DNA of 64,000 bases, taken from the NCBI GenBank assembly GCA_010015585.1, contig ML975153.1; one strand, given 5' to 3'. Positions 12,359 through 22,764 of the stretch are shown piece after piece; the stretch's first letter is position 1; each line of letters opens with the position of its first letter. The notes beneath the pieces are model-generated. The model did not search any database and was not told the origin of the DNA. It saw nothing but the letters and a program-made list of their open reading frames with translations. The stretch is from Eremomyces bilateralis CBS 781.70 (lineage: Eukaryota). Both the position numbers and the translations under genes were made by a program.

Positions 12359-14448
12359 TCATCGCACGACAACGGCGATGACCAAGGCCAGGAACATGGC
12401 CCATTGGCCGTTCTGATTTCGCTGGATTCCCGCACCGGAAGCTCCACCCTCAGAAGCTGTTGGGGACGCGTCCTCGGGGTTACTGCTTGGATCAAACTCG
12501 GCGCCGGACACGTGGGCAGAGCCAGGGAGTAACGGGGCCGGTAACGTAGAGGCCGTAGTCGAAGCTGTGAGGAGAAGGGAGTTAGATATAGTTGTTGAAT
12601 CGGACAAAGTCAGTGTGATGGGAGTAGATGCGTGGTTAGGACTAAGCTCAAAGATGCGGAGGGGCAGGGGGACCTCAGAGCAGGTGCCAGCCGAGACTTA
12701 GGGGGATGGAAATGACTAGGAAGGCATAGTAGTGGTGGACAACACGGGAACTGTAGATCATAAAGTCTAAGAGTAGCTGCTTGAAGAAGCCGTTTGTGAG
12801 GTTTCCTCAGAGTAGATGTGCTGGGGGCAATTGGTGGAGGCAATGGGATCTCTGTGACAAGGGCTGAAGAATTGGGAGCTAATGCCGTATAGGCATATGG
12901 TGTGGGGATCATGATTGTGGTTGGTATGAAGGGACACCCAATGTACCTTGCCAGGTAGCTCTTGCGGACAATGGAGGAGAAATGGAATCAGAGAGTGTTA
13001 TCATGCTGGCTGCGGTGGGGGAGGAGGTCGCTAGGGAAGCTGGTGCTGTCGGCAACTGTGCTTGTAGAATGGGGTGGTGATGGAAAGAACAGGGGAAGAT
13101 GGACTGAAAATGACCGTACCTGTTGGGCTGAGCGTGGTAGCGGAGGAGGGAGGCAGTGAGCTAGAGCTACTTGGCCCCTTAGTCCCCAGTCCCACTCGTT
13201 TCCCATCAAAGTCGAAGAGGGCATAGACGTTCTTGAAGAACACATCGCCCACAAGCCACTGGCCTTCGTCGAAGGTCTGACGGCCAATGATGTAGCTGAA
13301 GCATTTGCCATCGTTCGCCCCGCTTGGTCGTCCGACATAGTCCTTCGGGGAGATACCGAAATTCTTGCCGTCGATCTGCAGCTGAACAATCTGCCTCGAC
13401 GAACACGGGATCAGGAAGTTCTCGCCATTTTGACTGGAGCCCGATATCAAGGAGTGGAACTTCACCGCATCCGGTTCGGGAAGCAAAATGAAAGAGGTCC
13501 CGGTATCAAGGATGACCGAACGACCAGTGAGCCCAGCGGTTTTACCATCGACCGCAATGTCGTCCACGGCGACCTCCCAAAATCCATGGCGATTGGTGAT
13601 TGCCGACGCGTACGTGAGATCGCCGCTGTATCTGGAGCGGTCCGGAGCGCCGAAGTTCAGGACCCCATCATTGGTTCCCCCATCCACCGCTCGCCACAAG
13701 GTCACGCCGTACATCTTCGCCGGGATCAGTTTCTGCGTTGCTAAAACGTCCATTACGGTTGGAGCGTTGATGGTGCCGGGATCGGAGGACGTATCCGCCC
13801 GGCCGAGTCCAAGAATGCCGTCCATTGGGTAGGAGAAGAACTCCTTAGATACTTCCTCGGCCAAACCGAAGGTTAATGGGACAGAGAACCCAGCGAATTT
13901 GGCGGTATCGCTGACAAGTACACCGCTCACCGTGCCAGTGCCGTATTTGATTTCAAAGCCACCCGTTGTTACCTTCTCCTCCGTTAGCATCGAAGGTATC
14001 GACCGCATGTGGATACGGGATTCGTACGTACAGTTAGAGAACTCGATTTCTGCGGCCCATATGTATTGTGAGAATTGCACGCCTGGTTTGTACAAGCAGC
14101 ACTCATAACCCATGTGTTTGAAGCGCCGGAGTCAACCAGTAGATGGTAGACATCCGGACTCGATCCAAATTGGAACTTCGCCATGTACGAGAAGTCCGTC
14201 CCATCTTGATCTATGCCAATGCTGTTCTTCGTCGATGGTTCAGCAGCGCTTATTATGTTATATTGGTTCGCTCGTGGTGACACTACTCGATGTATCGGTA
14301 TTCGGAGGTTGACGATATCGCCCTTAGGTACGCTGATGATACCCCGTCTATGAGATGGAGGCTCACTGCCCGGTTCCGCATAGGGATAGAATGCCGTGGC
14401 ATATGGTATCAGAAGCCCAATGGCAAGTGCTGCCCATGTCGGATGCAT
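12359..14448 (-). CDS. Secreted, probably GPI-anchored pepsin-family (A1) aspartic endopeptidase, CtsD/yapsin-like
   Basis: Signal peptide MHPTWAALAIGLLIPYATA, catalytic LVDSGAS and ILDTGTS motifs, GDVFFKNVYALFD. Intron 13973-14031 and an inferred long intron 12565-13119 lead to an S/T-rich exon ending in a hydrophobic tail (WAMFLALVIAVVVR*). Confidence 0.88.
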
Positions 14449-16765
14449 TATCGTAGTTCTATGAGTATCGCATTACCGATCTTATGGGCGGGGTGGATTG
14501 CGATTCCACAGCTTCGAGGATATGATCGGGGTCTCGAAGAAATATAAACCGAGAGCAAAACTCATGTCGCGTCCAACTGGGTGCAAGCAATTAAGCAGTC
14601 TTAGCAAGGCAATCCTTTTATTCTAGTTTCCATTGCTCGAATCGAGGACGACTTGGAGGGATCGATGTTCAGGGTCGGATCCAAACAAAGAATGGAAAAG
14701 CTGCGGTACAACAATCGAATACGACGCAAAGTCTAGTAGCGGGGGAAACAATGCAGGAAATGCAGGAAACGCGGGGGACGATAAAGAACAAAGGCCACAG
14801 TGCTTCTTCGCTTTATGCTATTGATGGGAGATGTTTGAAGATGCGTGATAACTGAGGTTGTCAAACACAACATGAGGTACGTACCCACCATAGACAGGCA
14901 GGTGGTGCATGTGGACACTGGACTCGAGACGCTCAGCTTCAACTTTTACGACTCCAACCCTGCCATAACTCCACTCGGCTTCAAAAGCGGCTGGATTCGA
15001 GAGCCAGGGCTTATGATAAATGACTATTATTGGCGACACATCGGCGAGAGGAGCAAGTCGGCCAGGGGCGGTACATAGTACGCAGGCTGGGGCATAGAAG
15101 GCTTAGGCGCTTGGCAGGCGGGCAGGATTGGCGTCCAGCCATCAACATTCGACTCCTTTTCGCTGCCGATCTGGGACGAATCCCGACAATTGATGATGAC
15201 AATCCGCATGGACAGAAACACTGGTGACTGAAGGTTCTGGGTTTACCGTGAAATCAGAAAAGTCAAGCGTCAAGCGTCAAGACACAGTCAAGGGCGATTC
15301 AACCCGACTATTCCCTCCGGTATTCCGCTGTTTGCTAAGGGTAAATACTAGAATGTCGAATGGACGATGTTGGTAAGGGGAAAATACTGACCGTAATTAT
15401 ATGTGGTACAAGCATAGGCAATTATGGTACTCCTTGATATCGTATAACTTATACCAATATGCATGAACTTGAAATTGGTATACTTATCAGTCTTAACACC
15501 ATTCTCCAAACCCACCTACATCACAGTTGCGCCATGCTGGCGGAAATCGGAATTGACCCATTGATGAAACGGTGGAGGACGTTTGTTTCACTGGGAATGG
15601 CTATCTTTGTTCCCAATTCCCAAGGTCCTCAACCATCTCATTTCTCAACAAAGTCAACAAGGGGTTGCGGATCCGGGGGTTGAAATCAGGGTACAATTCC
15701 GGCCCCGATCAGCCACAACCCTCAGGTGGGACTAACGCTGTCTAGATTTTGGAGTCTACTAATAGAGTATCGTCAATTCGTCATGAACAGAACAAAAAGT
15801 CAATCATGGGGTTTTCAATTCAATTACTATAATGGTAGACAGCAGTATCAAGCCATTGTATGGAATAACCCAGTGCCAACGGTGGATTCATTAGGCGGTT
15901 GAATGAGGCATCGTATGAGACACCACCATCGATAAGATTCCCGCATCCCGCATATTGAATCTCCTGACCGAGTGTCAGGATCGCTTCGGAGATAGGAGTA
16001 AGGAACCCCAGACATAACAGGTAATTCAGCCAACTGAACCAGGATGCACTATCGTTTATTAAGTCCGATCTCGTCCCCAAGCGCGCGAGGCGGTCAAGAG
16101 CTCGAGAAAAAATGGGTGATATGATTTGTCTACCTGAGCTTCGAACTTCGAACCACCGTGGACCGGACTCGTTCTCCCTATCGGATCCCGAAGCGGCGCG
16201 TCATTTTTGGTGATGCTTCGTCCGCTTCTTGCACGACTCGTCGGACAGGGAACCGGGGAGGAAGTAAAGGGTTCCGCGTGGACGGGACCGCTGCTTTAAC
16301 AACACCACACACCCAAGTACTTAAATACGTCGACCCCTCGTGTCTCGCGGAGTCGCAGATGATCTCATGATCTCATGATCCATTCGGGAGAACGACTGGT
16401 TACCATCCCTCTCAAATCTCATTCATCGGGTTGAGCCGTTGAAGGAGCTCAGTACTTACCTATCATATATCTTCAACTTCGCCTCCTCCCCAAACCCTTG
16501 GAAGCTCAGGCTGCTTAGCTTGATTTCCCCGCATTCTTTGACCCCTTCATGTTATGGGGCTGCTAGCTTGTGCATATTGATTATCACTGAACATTGTTGC
16601 TCGTCGGTCTGGACTCCGGACTGCTCCTTCACTCAATTGTCGTCAAGTTCTCAAGTCCTTCCTTTGCCTATTAATTGGCACTCTGCCCTGCCGTTCCCCC
16701 CTTTTCGACATCCATCCGCCCTCTCCATTCCGATCCGGATATCATAAATAAGCAGGAGAACCATC

Positions 16766-17521
16766 ATGGCCGCCTCCCGAGCCTCCTCGATCCGTGCTCT
16801 CCGCCGCATGGCCTCCAACTCTACCCCTTCCACTACTCGCTCGCTCCATATGACGGGTCCGGCGACATATCCGTCGTCCCTGTTGACTAGCGAGCGCACT
16901 GCCGCCACTACCGCCGTGGAACAGTCCAAGCAGTCGAAACCTGCTCGTCCCGCCGAGTCCAGCCCTGCGACGAGCGCCACCCCAGCGCGTCACTTCAATA
17001 CCAGTCGCGCCTTGAAGGCGGTGAATGACACCTCTCCCATTGACTTCGCGTATCTGCCGGAATTCGATCCGGATAGCCAGGTCACGCCGGTGGCGGTCCG
17101 TGTCCCGCTGTTGCCAGTCGGGTTATATCCAAACACGTCCACGTATGAGGATAACACTTCGGAATCGGTATGACCCCTTCGCGTTTTTCCTTTCTATGAC
17201 AGTGAATGTTCACCTCTGAGATATTGGGAGTGCAAAGCGTGGGGTCACCTTTTCTCCATGCTAACATCATCACCACAGGTCATGCGTCCCGAAATCTTCA
17301 CCGCGTCTGCAGACGGAACCCACATCTCCGCCCCGTCGGCGTTCGCGGATATCCATGACAACGGCGCCGGTGAGATCGACTACAATAAGATCGCCGATGG
17401 CCTATCGGCAGCGGTGGGCAGCATCCGCGGTGCCCTTCCCACCGAAGAAGTTGGAATGGTGAAGCAGGTGTGGCATGACCTGCTGGACGACGTGCTCGGT
17501 CCGAAGAAATCCAGCGCGTGA
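16766..17521 (+). CDS. Conserved fungal hypothetical protein with a mitochondrial-presequence-like N-terminus
   Basis: R/S/A-rich N-terminus, motif RHFNTSRALKAVNDTSPIDFAYLP, in-phase intron 17168-17278, C-terminal VWHDLLDDVLG, coding-like codon usage. Confidence 0.8.
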
Positions 17522-18147
17522 AGCAAGCACGAGATGAGATGGTTCTAAGATGCGTCAGGGTCGCATGGGGAAAATGATTCAATGTCTCTTACTACCTGTA
17601 TGTCACACAAGGTGGCGTGGTCACCGAAGTTTGTTTGAGAGCGTCCTGGTAATGGAAATTAGCGACGGGTCTCATCCAAGTGCTGGACGGCTACTCGATT
17701 GCTATTCCGTACTATTAATGAGATATGACTTCATCCCTATGGTCAAGCCTTTTAACCAAAGTTCCCCGGTCATGGCGTTGCGTGTATTGTAGAGCTTCGG
17801 TGACATGGACATGCTACTCGGACTTTTTCCGCCTATTATGTAAATACATACCCAACTTCCCTTTCGACCACAAGCCAGCCGGGAAATACAGAGGGAACAG
17901 TAATTATCAGAGTTGAGAAAGATCTTGATTCTGAATTGTCTAAATGAACCGCTAACTATGCGTTGCTTCATATCATCCATCCTCGGGTCACACTTCCCCT
18001 TCCCTATGTATCCCTTGCTTCTATTCGGTCCAATCAGACCACAATGTGAATCGAGTGAATCCAGTGAATCCAGTGAATCGATGGCCAGAGCAACAAAACC
18101 AACGCGAGAGGAGCCACCCCCTTCGACCTAGCCAATCTATTTGATAT

Positions 18148-18202
18148 CCCGTTTCTTTCCCGTTTCTTTCCCGTTTCTTGCCCGTTTCTTGCCATTTCTT
18201 TC
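18148..18202. repeat. 11-bp tandem minisatellite (CCCGTTTCTTK) x ~5
   Basis: Directly visible tandem units downstream of the kinase stop codon. Confidence 0.8.
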
Positions 18203-18519
18203 CAAACTCGGTACTGGTACACTGGAATGTCCATCTCGGACAAAAAATATAAATGACCCAAAAAAAGCATCCCTACATGCTCCCGATTCATCCCATGCCG
18301 TGTGTCCGGTCGTAAATGTAGCACCAACTACGTCCCATGAGTGCAAATACGCCAGATCTCGCCTCAACCAAACGTGCGCCAAGTGAAAACTGTTCGAACA
18401 AGATATTCGAGCAGAAAACGAAATCATCATGAACGAACAAGGGGTGCAAGCTGGTACCGATAATGTCCAAACCAGTTTGGTGAGTGGTGTTTGTGTTTGT
18501 GTTTAGGGTGGATGGGAGA

Positions 18520-21500
18520 TTAACTTCCCCCTTCTGCTTGGAGCTCCCCCTCCTGGCGCTCTGCCTCATCGCCTATCGCCGATTGTCGATCGATCTTCTT
18601 CATGGTGTTGTTGCTTCCACTGCGCGTGGTTTTCATGGATGAAATGGTTGTGGCTCGTCGGGTCCTCCGCCGGGCAATTTCGGCATTCGACACGCTCTGG
18701 CTTCGCGAAAGCCCTTGTTTGTTCCGGTGATTACGACTCATGACGAGGAAGTCGTCAGAGTCGTCAGAGTCGACCGCATCGTCCCCAGTATAGTCGTCCG
18801 GTGCGTAGCCGTCATCTTCCTCATGAGTGTTTCGAGGAGCCGACGATTGGGGAACGACAAGGCTTGGTGACATCGGAGAAATTTGGACAACCGGCGCAAC
18901 ATTCTGCTTCACTTCCTTGACTGTATATTCTTCTTCTGGCACCGACGAATTGGCGGACGCAACGGACGGCATCGATGGGTGAGAGGTCGATTGGGACATG
19001 CCTGAAGTGAACTGGTCTTCCGACGAGCTGGAAGGTATATGACTCGATGAACCCGCACCAGTGTGTTGCGATGCGCCATCCAATGCAACCGCAGGCCCCG
19101 TTCCCTCTGCGCTTTGCCTCAGGAACAAATGGTCGTCCGGACTAGGAGGACAAACCGGATTCGCCGCGTTCAGAGCCTCGGCCTGAGCCCTTGACGGTGG
19201 CCGGTCGCGGACATAATTCTCTTTCTGCACCTTCCGTCGAAGTATGTCTTCTTTGGCCTTATCAAAACGTTCGTCGGACGCTTGCCGCGCTTGCCGGCTG
19301 CTCGGTCGAGGCTCAGGGTCGAAGCTCAGCGGCAGGAACCGGTCGTTCGCAAGGGAACTGCTCGATCCTTGCTTGGAGATTTCGTTGTAGGCGACAGAGG
19401 GGGCGCGCGAGGACATGGGGCTCGCTGCAGCGGAGCTGGTAGGAGTCGACGTGTCGCGAAGGAGAGCCGGAGGATCTAGGTAGCCGCCAGCGACCGTTCG
19501 GCTAAACCCGACGCTCGGTTCCCCGTGTTGATAATCACTGGCTAGGCTCTCCTTGGATCTCGAACGTTCATCTTGCCGCGATCGATCTCGGCTTCGGACC
19601 GTGCGGAGGAGGGTGCTTGCCCCTTCCCAGATCCCGCCGAGTGCGGATAGCGAGGGGGGCTGCTCGGACGAGGTCTGGGCAAGGCCTTCCGGAATTGTCG
19701 TAACCGTTTCTTCGCCGCTGCTAGATGGTTTCAGCGTCCGCGTCGATCCAAAGGAGAGGTCGATGGGTGGTTCATGCTGACCGTGGAATGGCCGAGATCG
19801 TTCGTGATCGTACGATAGACTCTCAGAAGACTGGACTGAAGGGAAAGGGGATTCCGGACGGGAAGCAGGACCAAGGAAAAAGTCCCCGCGCTCAGTAGAC
19901 CCGGGGCTTGCCACCACGCTCTGGGACAAAGGATGATCTCCTTCACGGGATGGCTTGATCACGGTCGGTAAAGTCTCGTCGATCCTTGACCCGAGACGGC
20001 GGCCATCTTGACTAATAGTACTGCTGGATGATGTGGCCGAGGGAGGCCAACCATCGGCATTCGAACCACTTGCTGAGCTCTTGGCTCGTCGCCGAGACGA
20101 CGCACTTCGGTTGATACTGACGCCAATGGCGCCCCCGATCTTGCTGACGATGCTGCGCATCCGTTCCACGACTGTGAGCGGGACAACGGCGTCGGCAACA
20201 TCCTCCTTGGAAACTTCGATTCGCTTGCCTTTCGTTTGGCGCGAAGGATCGGTTTCGTCTAACCACGCCGGTGCATCTTGGATACCTTCAAGGATCCACG
20301 GATGATGCTTCACCTCGGTCAGATTGATACGGCGCGTGGGATCTTTGATGAAGAGACGGCGGAGGAGATCGTAGAGTTCGTCATCGATGTCTTCATATTC
20401 GAATTCATGGGGTAATCGCTTGCCAGAATTCAGCGGTCGGAGGCCCCGAGCCGCTCGGTCGTCCACTGCCTTGAGACGCTTGCGGGGAATGTAAACGTCC
20501 TGTTCGGCAATCATCCGCATCAAAGCAAAGGCATTGTGGTCGTGAAAGGGAACACGTCCGTACACGAGGCAATAGAGAGTCACGCCTAAGGCCCAGACAT
20601 CGATCTGCTCGGTGATGGGCTTACGTTCGGTGTCGAGATCGGTATCGCAGAGTTCCGGAGCATAGAAAGCAGGGGTTCCGACGGTTTTGGCGAGCTCGAT
20701 TGCTTCATCCACATCAGGCGCATCCGATTCTGATTGGTCTTCGCCCGGCGGGCGCGCTTCACGCCCTAAGTATGAGACCCCAAAGTCGGAAATCTTGATG
20801 CGCCGATCTTTCGTTTCGAGCAGATTTGCCGGCTTGATATCCCGATGGATGACTCCTTGGTAATGCAGATATTCCAGGCCCAGTACGGTGTCTCGGAATG
20901 CGGTTCGCGTCGCCTGAAGAGTCATGAGGGGAACATATTTGAAGTGCTCGGGAACGTAAGGACCAACGTCCAACCCCAGCACCGGCGAGGAGGCACCGCT
21001 AAGCGAACTGGGAGTACGTCGGCCGGAGAAGTTCGATTCATAGGCTCCGTACATTGTGCCTTCGAGTCCAGTCGCGTTGAATTCGCTAGAAGATGGGTGA
21101 TGATTTTGAAGCTTGCCCTCGATCTCGGCATAAGCTGCGTCCGCCCCATCGTGGCTGAGGGGACCCGTGATAGTCCGTTCCCCCGCCAGCGGGGACGGCG
21201 GAGCGACACTGTTGCGGCGGCTGAAGTCTGATTGGTAAGCATCGTAGTCAGAACCAGAGGAGTCAATATTCGTGGGATCTCCCATCATGGACGGGTTACG
21301 GGACCCCGCTCCATCACTGCTGGCCTCGTCTTCTGATTCTGCACCATGCTCGATACTCCATAAATCGGGACCCGACAAGGAGTGCTTCATATGTTCATGC
21401 TCTTGAGAACGACGTTTTTCCTCTCTCTCGCGTCGTCGGGAGGCTTCCTCGATGATGCGATCGTCTTCGATTAAAGCCGCCTGGTCTTCGAACCGGCCCT

Positions 21501-22764
21501 GTGATTCCCGCTGGTAACGTCGATACTCGATTAACGTAATTTCGGGCTCGCCTTCGGTCCGCCATTTGATCTCACCCATCTCGACATGTTCGAGGACAAT
21601 ATAGACCTTCTTAAATGACGGATCGTCGATGACCTCAAGCAGACTGACGATATTCGAGTGTCGAGCTTTCTTGAGGATGGCGATCTCTCGTTTGATTTTG
21701 TCCTCGTGGCTTCCGGTTTTCCCCAGTCGTCTCCTTTTGGAATACCGTTCTACGATCTTAATGGCCACATTCTGGTCCGTTTCAAGATCTCGGCCCAGCT
21801 TGACCTTTCCGTGCACACCACGGCCCAATTCATCAATGATTTCGTAGTGGTTGATGATCTTGCGACCGGAGATCGGGTCGACATCCTTTTCGGCGACATG
21901 AGTTTCTCTTGGTGTTTGGCGATGTGTGTAATGAAGGAAAGGGCTGGGGTACCCTTCCTGTATTTCCGAGAAGTCGTTTCGCATGGGAGAACCACCAGGC
22001 GTGAAGAGACTGGGGCTACTGATCGGCGAATTGCCTACAGTCTTGGAACCTGTCTCTATGGAGTGTAGTAGATCTTCACTGCCACGCAGAATCGCAGATG
22101 CTGACGAGGTGTGAGACGGCCGATGAAATGGTTGCGAGCTGTGAGTTCTGAGGTAGGGACGTGGGTAGGGGGTGGGGTGCACTTGATGTTGCAAGGCAGC
22201 GTATGATTGATCAGGAAATATAGGGAACCCATTCCAGTCCTTTGCGTAAAGCTGACTCAATGGTCGCGGGGGGCGGATGGTGCTGGTGCTGATCGTGGAC
22301 GCTCCAGAAATATCTCTTTGGATTTCGGGGCGACGGGGAACGTGCGAACTCTCGGAACTACTCGTGTGTTCATGCTCGTCTTCGAGCAGAGAAGCTGACG
22401 GAATCATCGCGGTCGTTGGAGTTTCGGCAGAGGAGAGATCGTTATCCGCCCTCTCTGGAACCAGCCGTTGGGTCGTGTCGAGCGAGGGGTGATGGGCGAC
22501 ATCTTCTGCGGTATCCGTCCACTGCCCATGGACTGACCGATCTTGCAAAGCATCTAGCACAGGCTCCTTCTTCTCTAGACCCTTACCCGCGGTCGACTCA
22601 GAAGACTTCGTCGCGAATTCTTGGCCGACATCGACAAAGTGCGGTGGATATTCTAACGAAGCCGAGCCTGATACTATTGCACCTCCGAGTGTGACTCGCT
22701 GCTCGTCGAGCGACTCCGAAGGCACCGTCACCGGTTCGGAGCGCTCGGGTATTTCCTCACTCAT
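18520..22764 (-). CDS. SAK1: CAMKK-family Ser/Thr kinase, Snf1-activating kinase Sak1/Tos3/Elm1 (S. pombe Ssp1)-like
   Basis: Single 1414-aa ORF with INHYEIIDELGRGVHGKVKL, VAIK, IHRDIKPANLL, KISDFGVS, TVGTPAFYAPE and DVWALGVTLYCL, plus a long insert inside the kinase domain. Confidence 0.88.
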   Translation of the reverse strand: MSEEIPERSEPVTVPSESLDEQRVTLGGAIVSGSASLEYPPHFVDVGQEFATKSSESTAGKGLEKKEPVLDALQDRSVHGQWTDTAEDVAHHPSLDTTQRLVPERADNDLSSAETPTTAMIPSASLLEDEHEHTSSSESSHVPRRPEIQRDISGASTISTSTIRPPRPLSQLYAKDWNGFPIFPDQSYAALQHQVHPTPYPRPYLRTHSSQPFHRPSHTSSASAILRGSEDLLHSIETGSKTVGNSPISSPSLFTPGGSPMRNDFSEIQEGYPSPFLHYTHRQTPRETHVAEKDVDPISGRKIINHYEIIDELGRGVHGKVKLGRDLETDQNVAIKIVERYSKRRRLGKTGSHEDKIKREIAILKKARHSNIVSLLEVIDDPSFKKVYIVLEHVEMGEIKWRTEGEPEITLIEYRRYQRESQGRFEDQAALIEDDRIIEEASRRREREEKRRSQEHEHMKHSLSGPDLWSIEHGAESEDEASSDGAGSRNPSMMGDPTNIDSSGSDYDAYQSDFSRRNSVAPPSPLAGERTITGPLSHDGADAAYAEIEGKLQNHHPSSSEFNATGLEGTMYGAYESNFSGRRTPSSLSGASSPVLGLDVGPYVPEHFKYVPLMTLQATRTAFRDTVLGLEYLHYQGVIHRDIKPANLLETKDRRIKISDFGVSYLGREARPPGEDQSESDAPDVDEAIELAKTVGTPAFYAPELCDTDLDTERKPITEQIDVWALGVTLYCLVYGRVPFHDHNAFALMRMIAEQDVYIPRKRLKAVDDRAARGLRPLNSGKRLPHEFEYEDIDDELYDLLRRLFIKDPTRRINLTEVKHHPWILEGIQDAPAWLDETDPSRQTKGKRIEVSKEDVADAVVPLTVVERMRSIVSKIGGAIGVSINRSASSRRRAKSSASGSNADGWPPSATSSSSTISQDGRRLGSRIDETLPTVIKPSREGDHPLSQSVVASPGSTERGDFFLGPASRPESPFPSVQSSESLSYDHERSRPFHGQHEPPIDLSFGSTRTLKPSSSGEETVTTIPEGLAQTSSEQPPSLSALGGIWEGASTLLRTVRSRDRSRQDERSRSKESLASDYQHGEPSVGFSRTVAGGYLDPPALLRDTSTPTSSAAASPMSSRAPSVAYNEISKQGSSSSLANDRFLPLSFDPEPRPSSRQARQASDERFDKAKEDILRRKVQKENYVRDRPPSRAQAEALNAANPVCPPSPDDHLFLRQSAEGTGPAVALDGASQHTGAGSSSHIPSSSSEDQFTSGMSQSTSHPSMPSVASANSSVPEEEYTVKEVKQNVAPVVQISPMSPSLVVPQSSAPRNTHEEDDGYAPDDYTGDDAVDSDDSDDFLVMSRNHRNKQGLSRSQSVSNAEIARRRTRRATTISSMKTTRSGSNNTMKKIDRQSAIGDEAERQEGELQAEGGS

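Noticed and set aside
18054..18202. Short tandem repeats considered as a CRISPR-like array
   Set aside because: They are spacerless 9-11 bp minisatellites in a eukaryotic 3' intergenic region.
20930..21560. Large insert splitting the SAK1 kinase domain, considered as an intein or mobile insertion
   Set aside because: It has low-complexity charged and Ser-rich composition with no intein splice-junction or endonuclease motifs. Such inserts are usual in this kinase subfamily.
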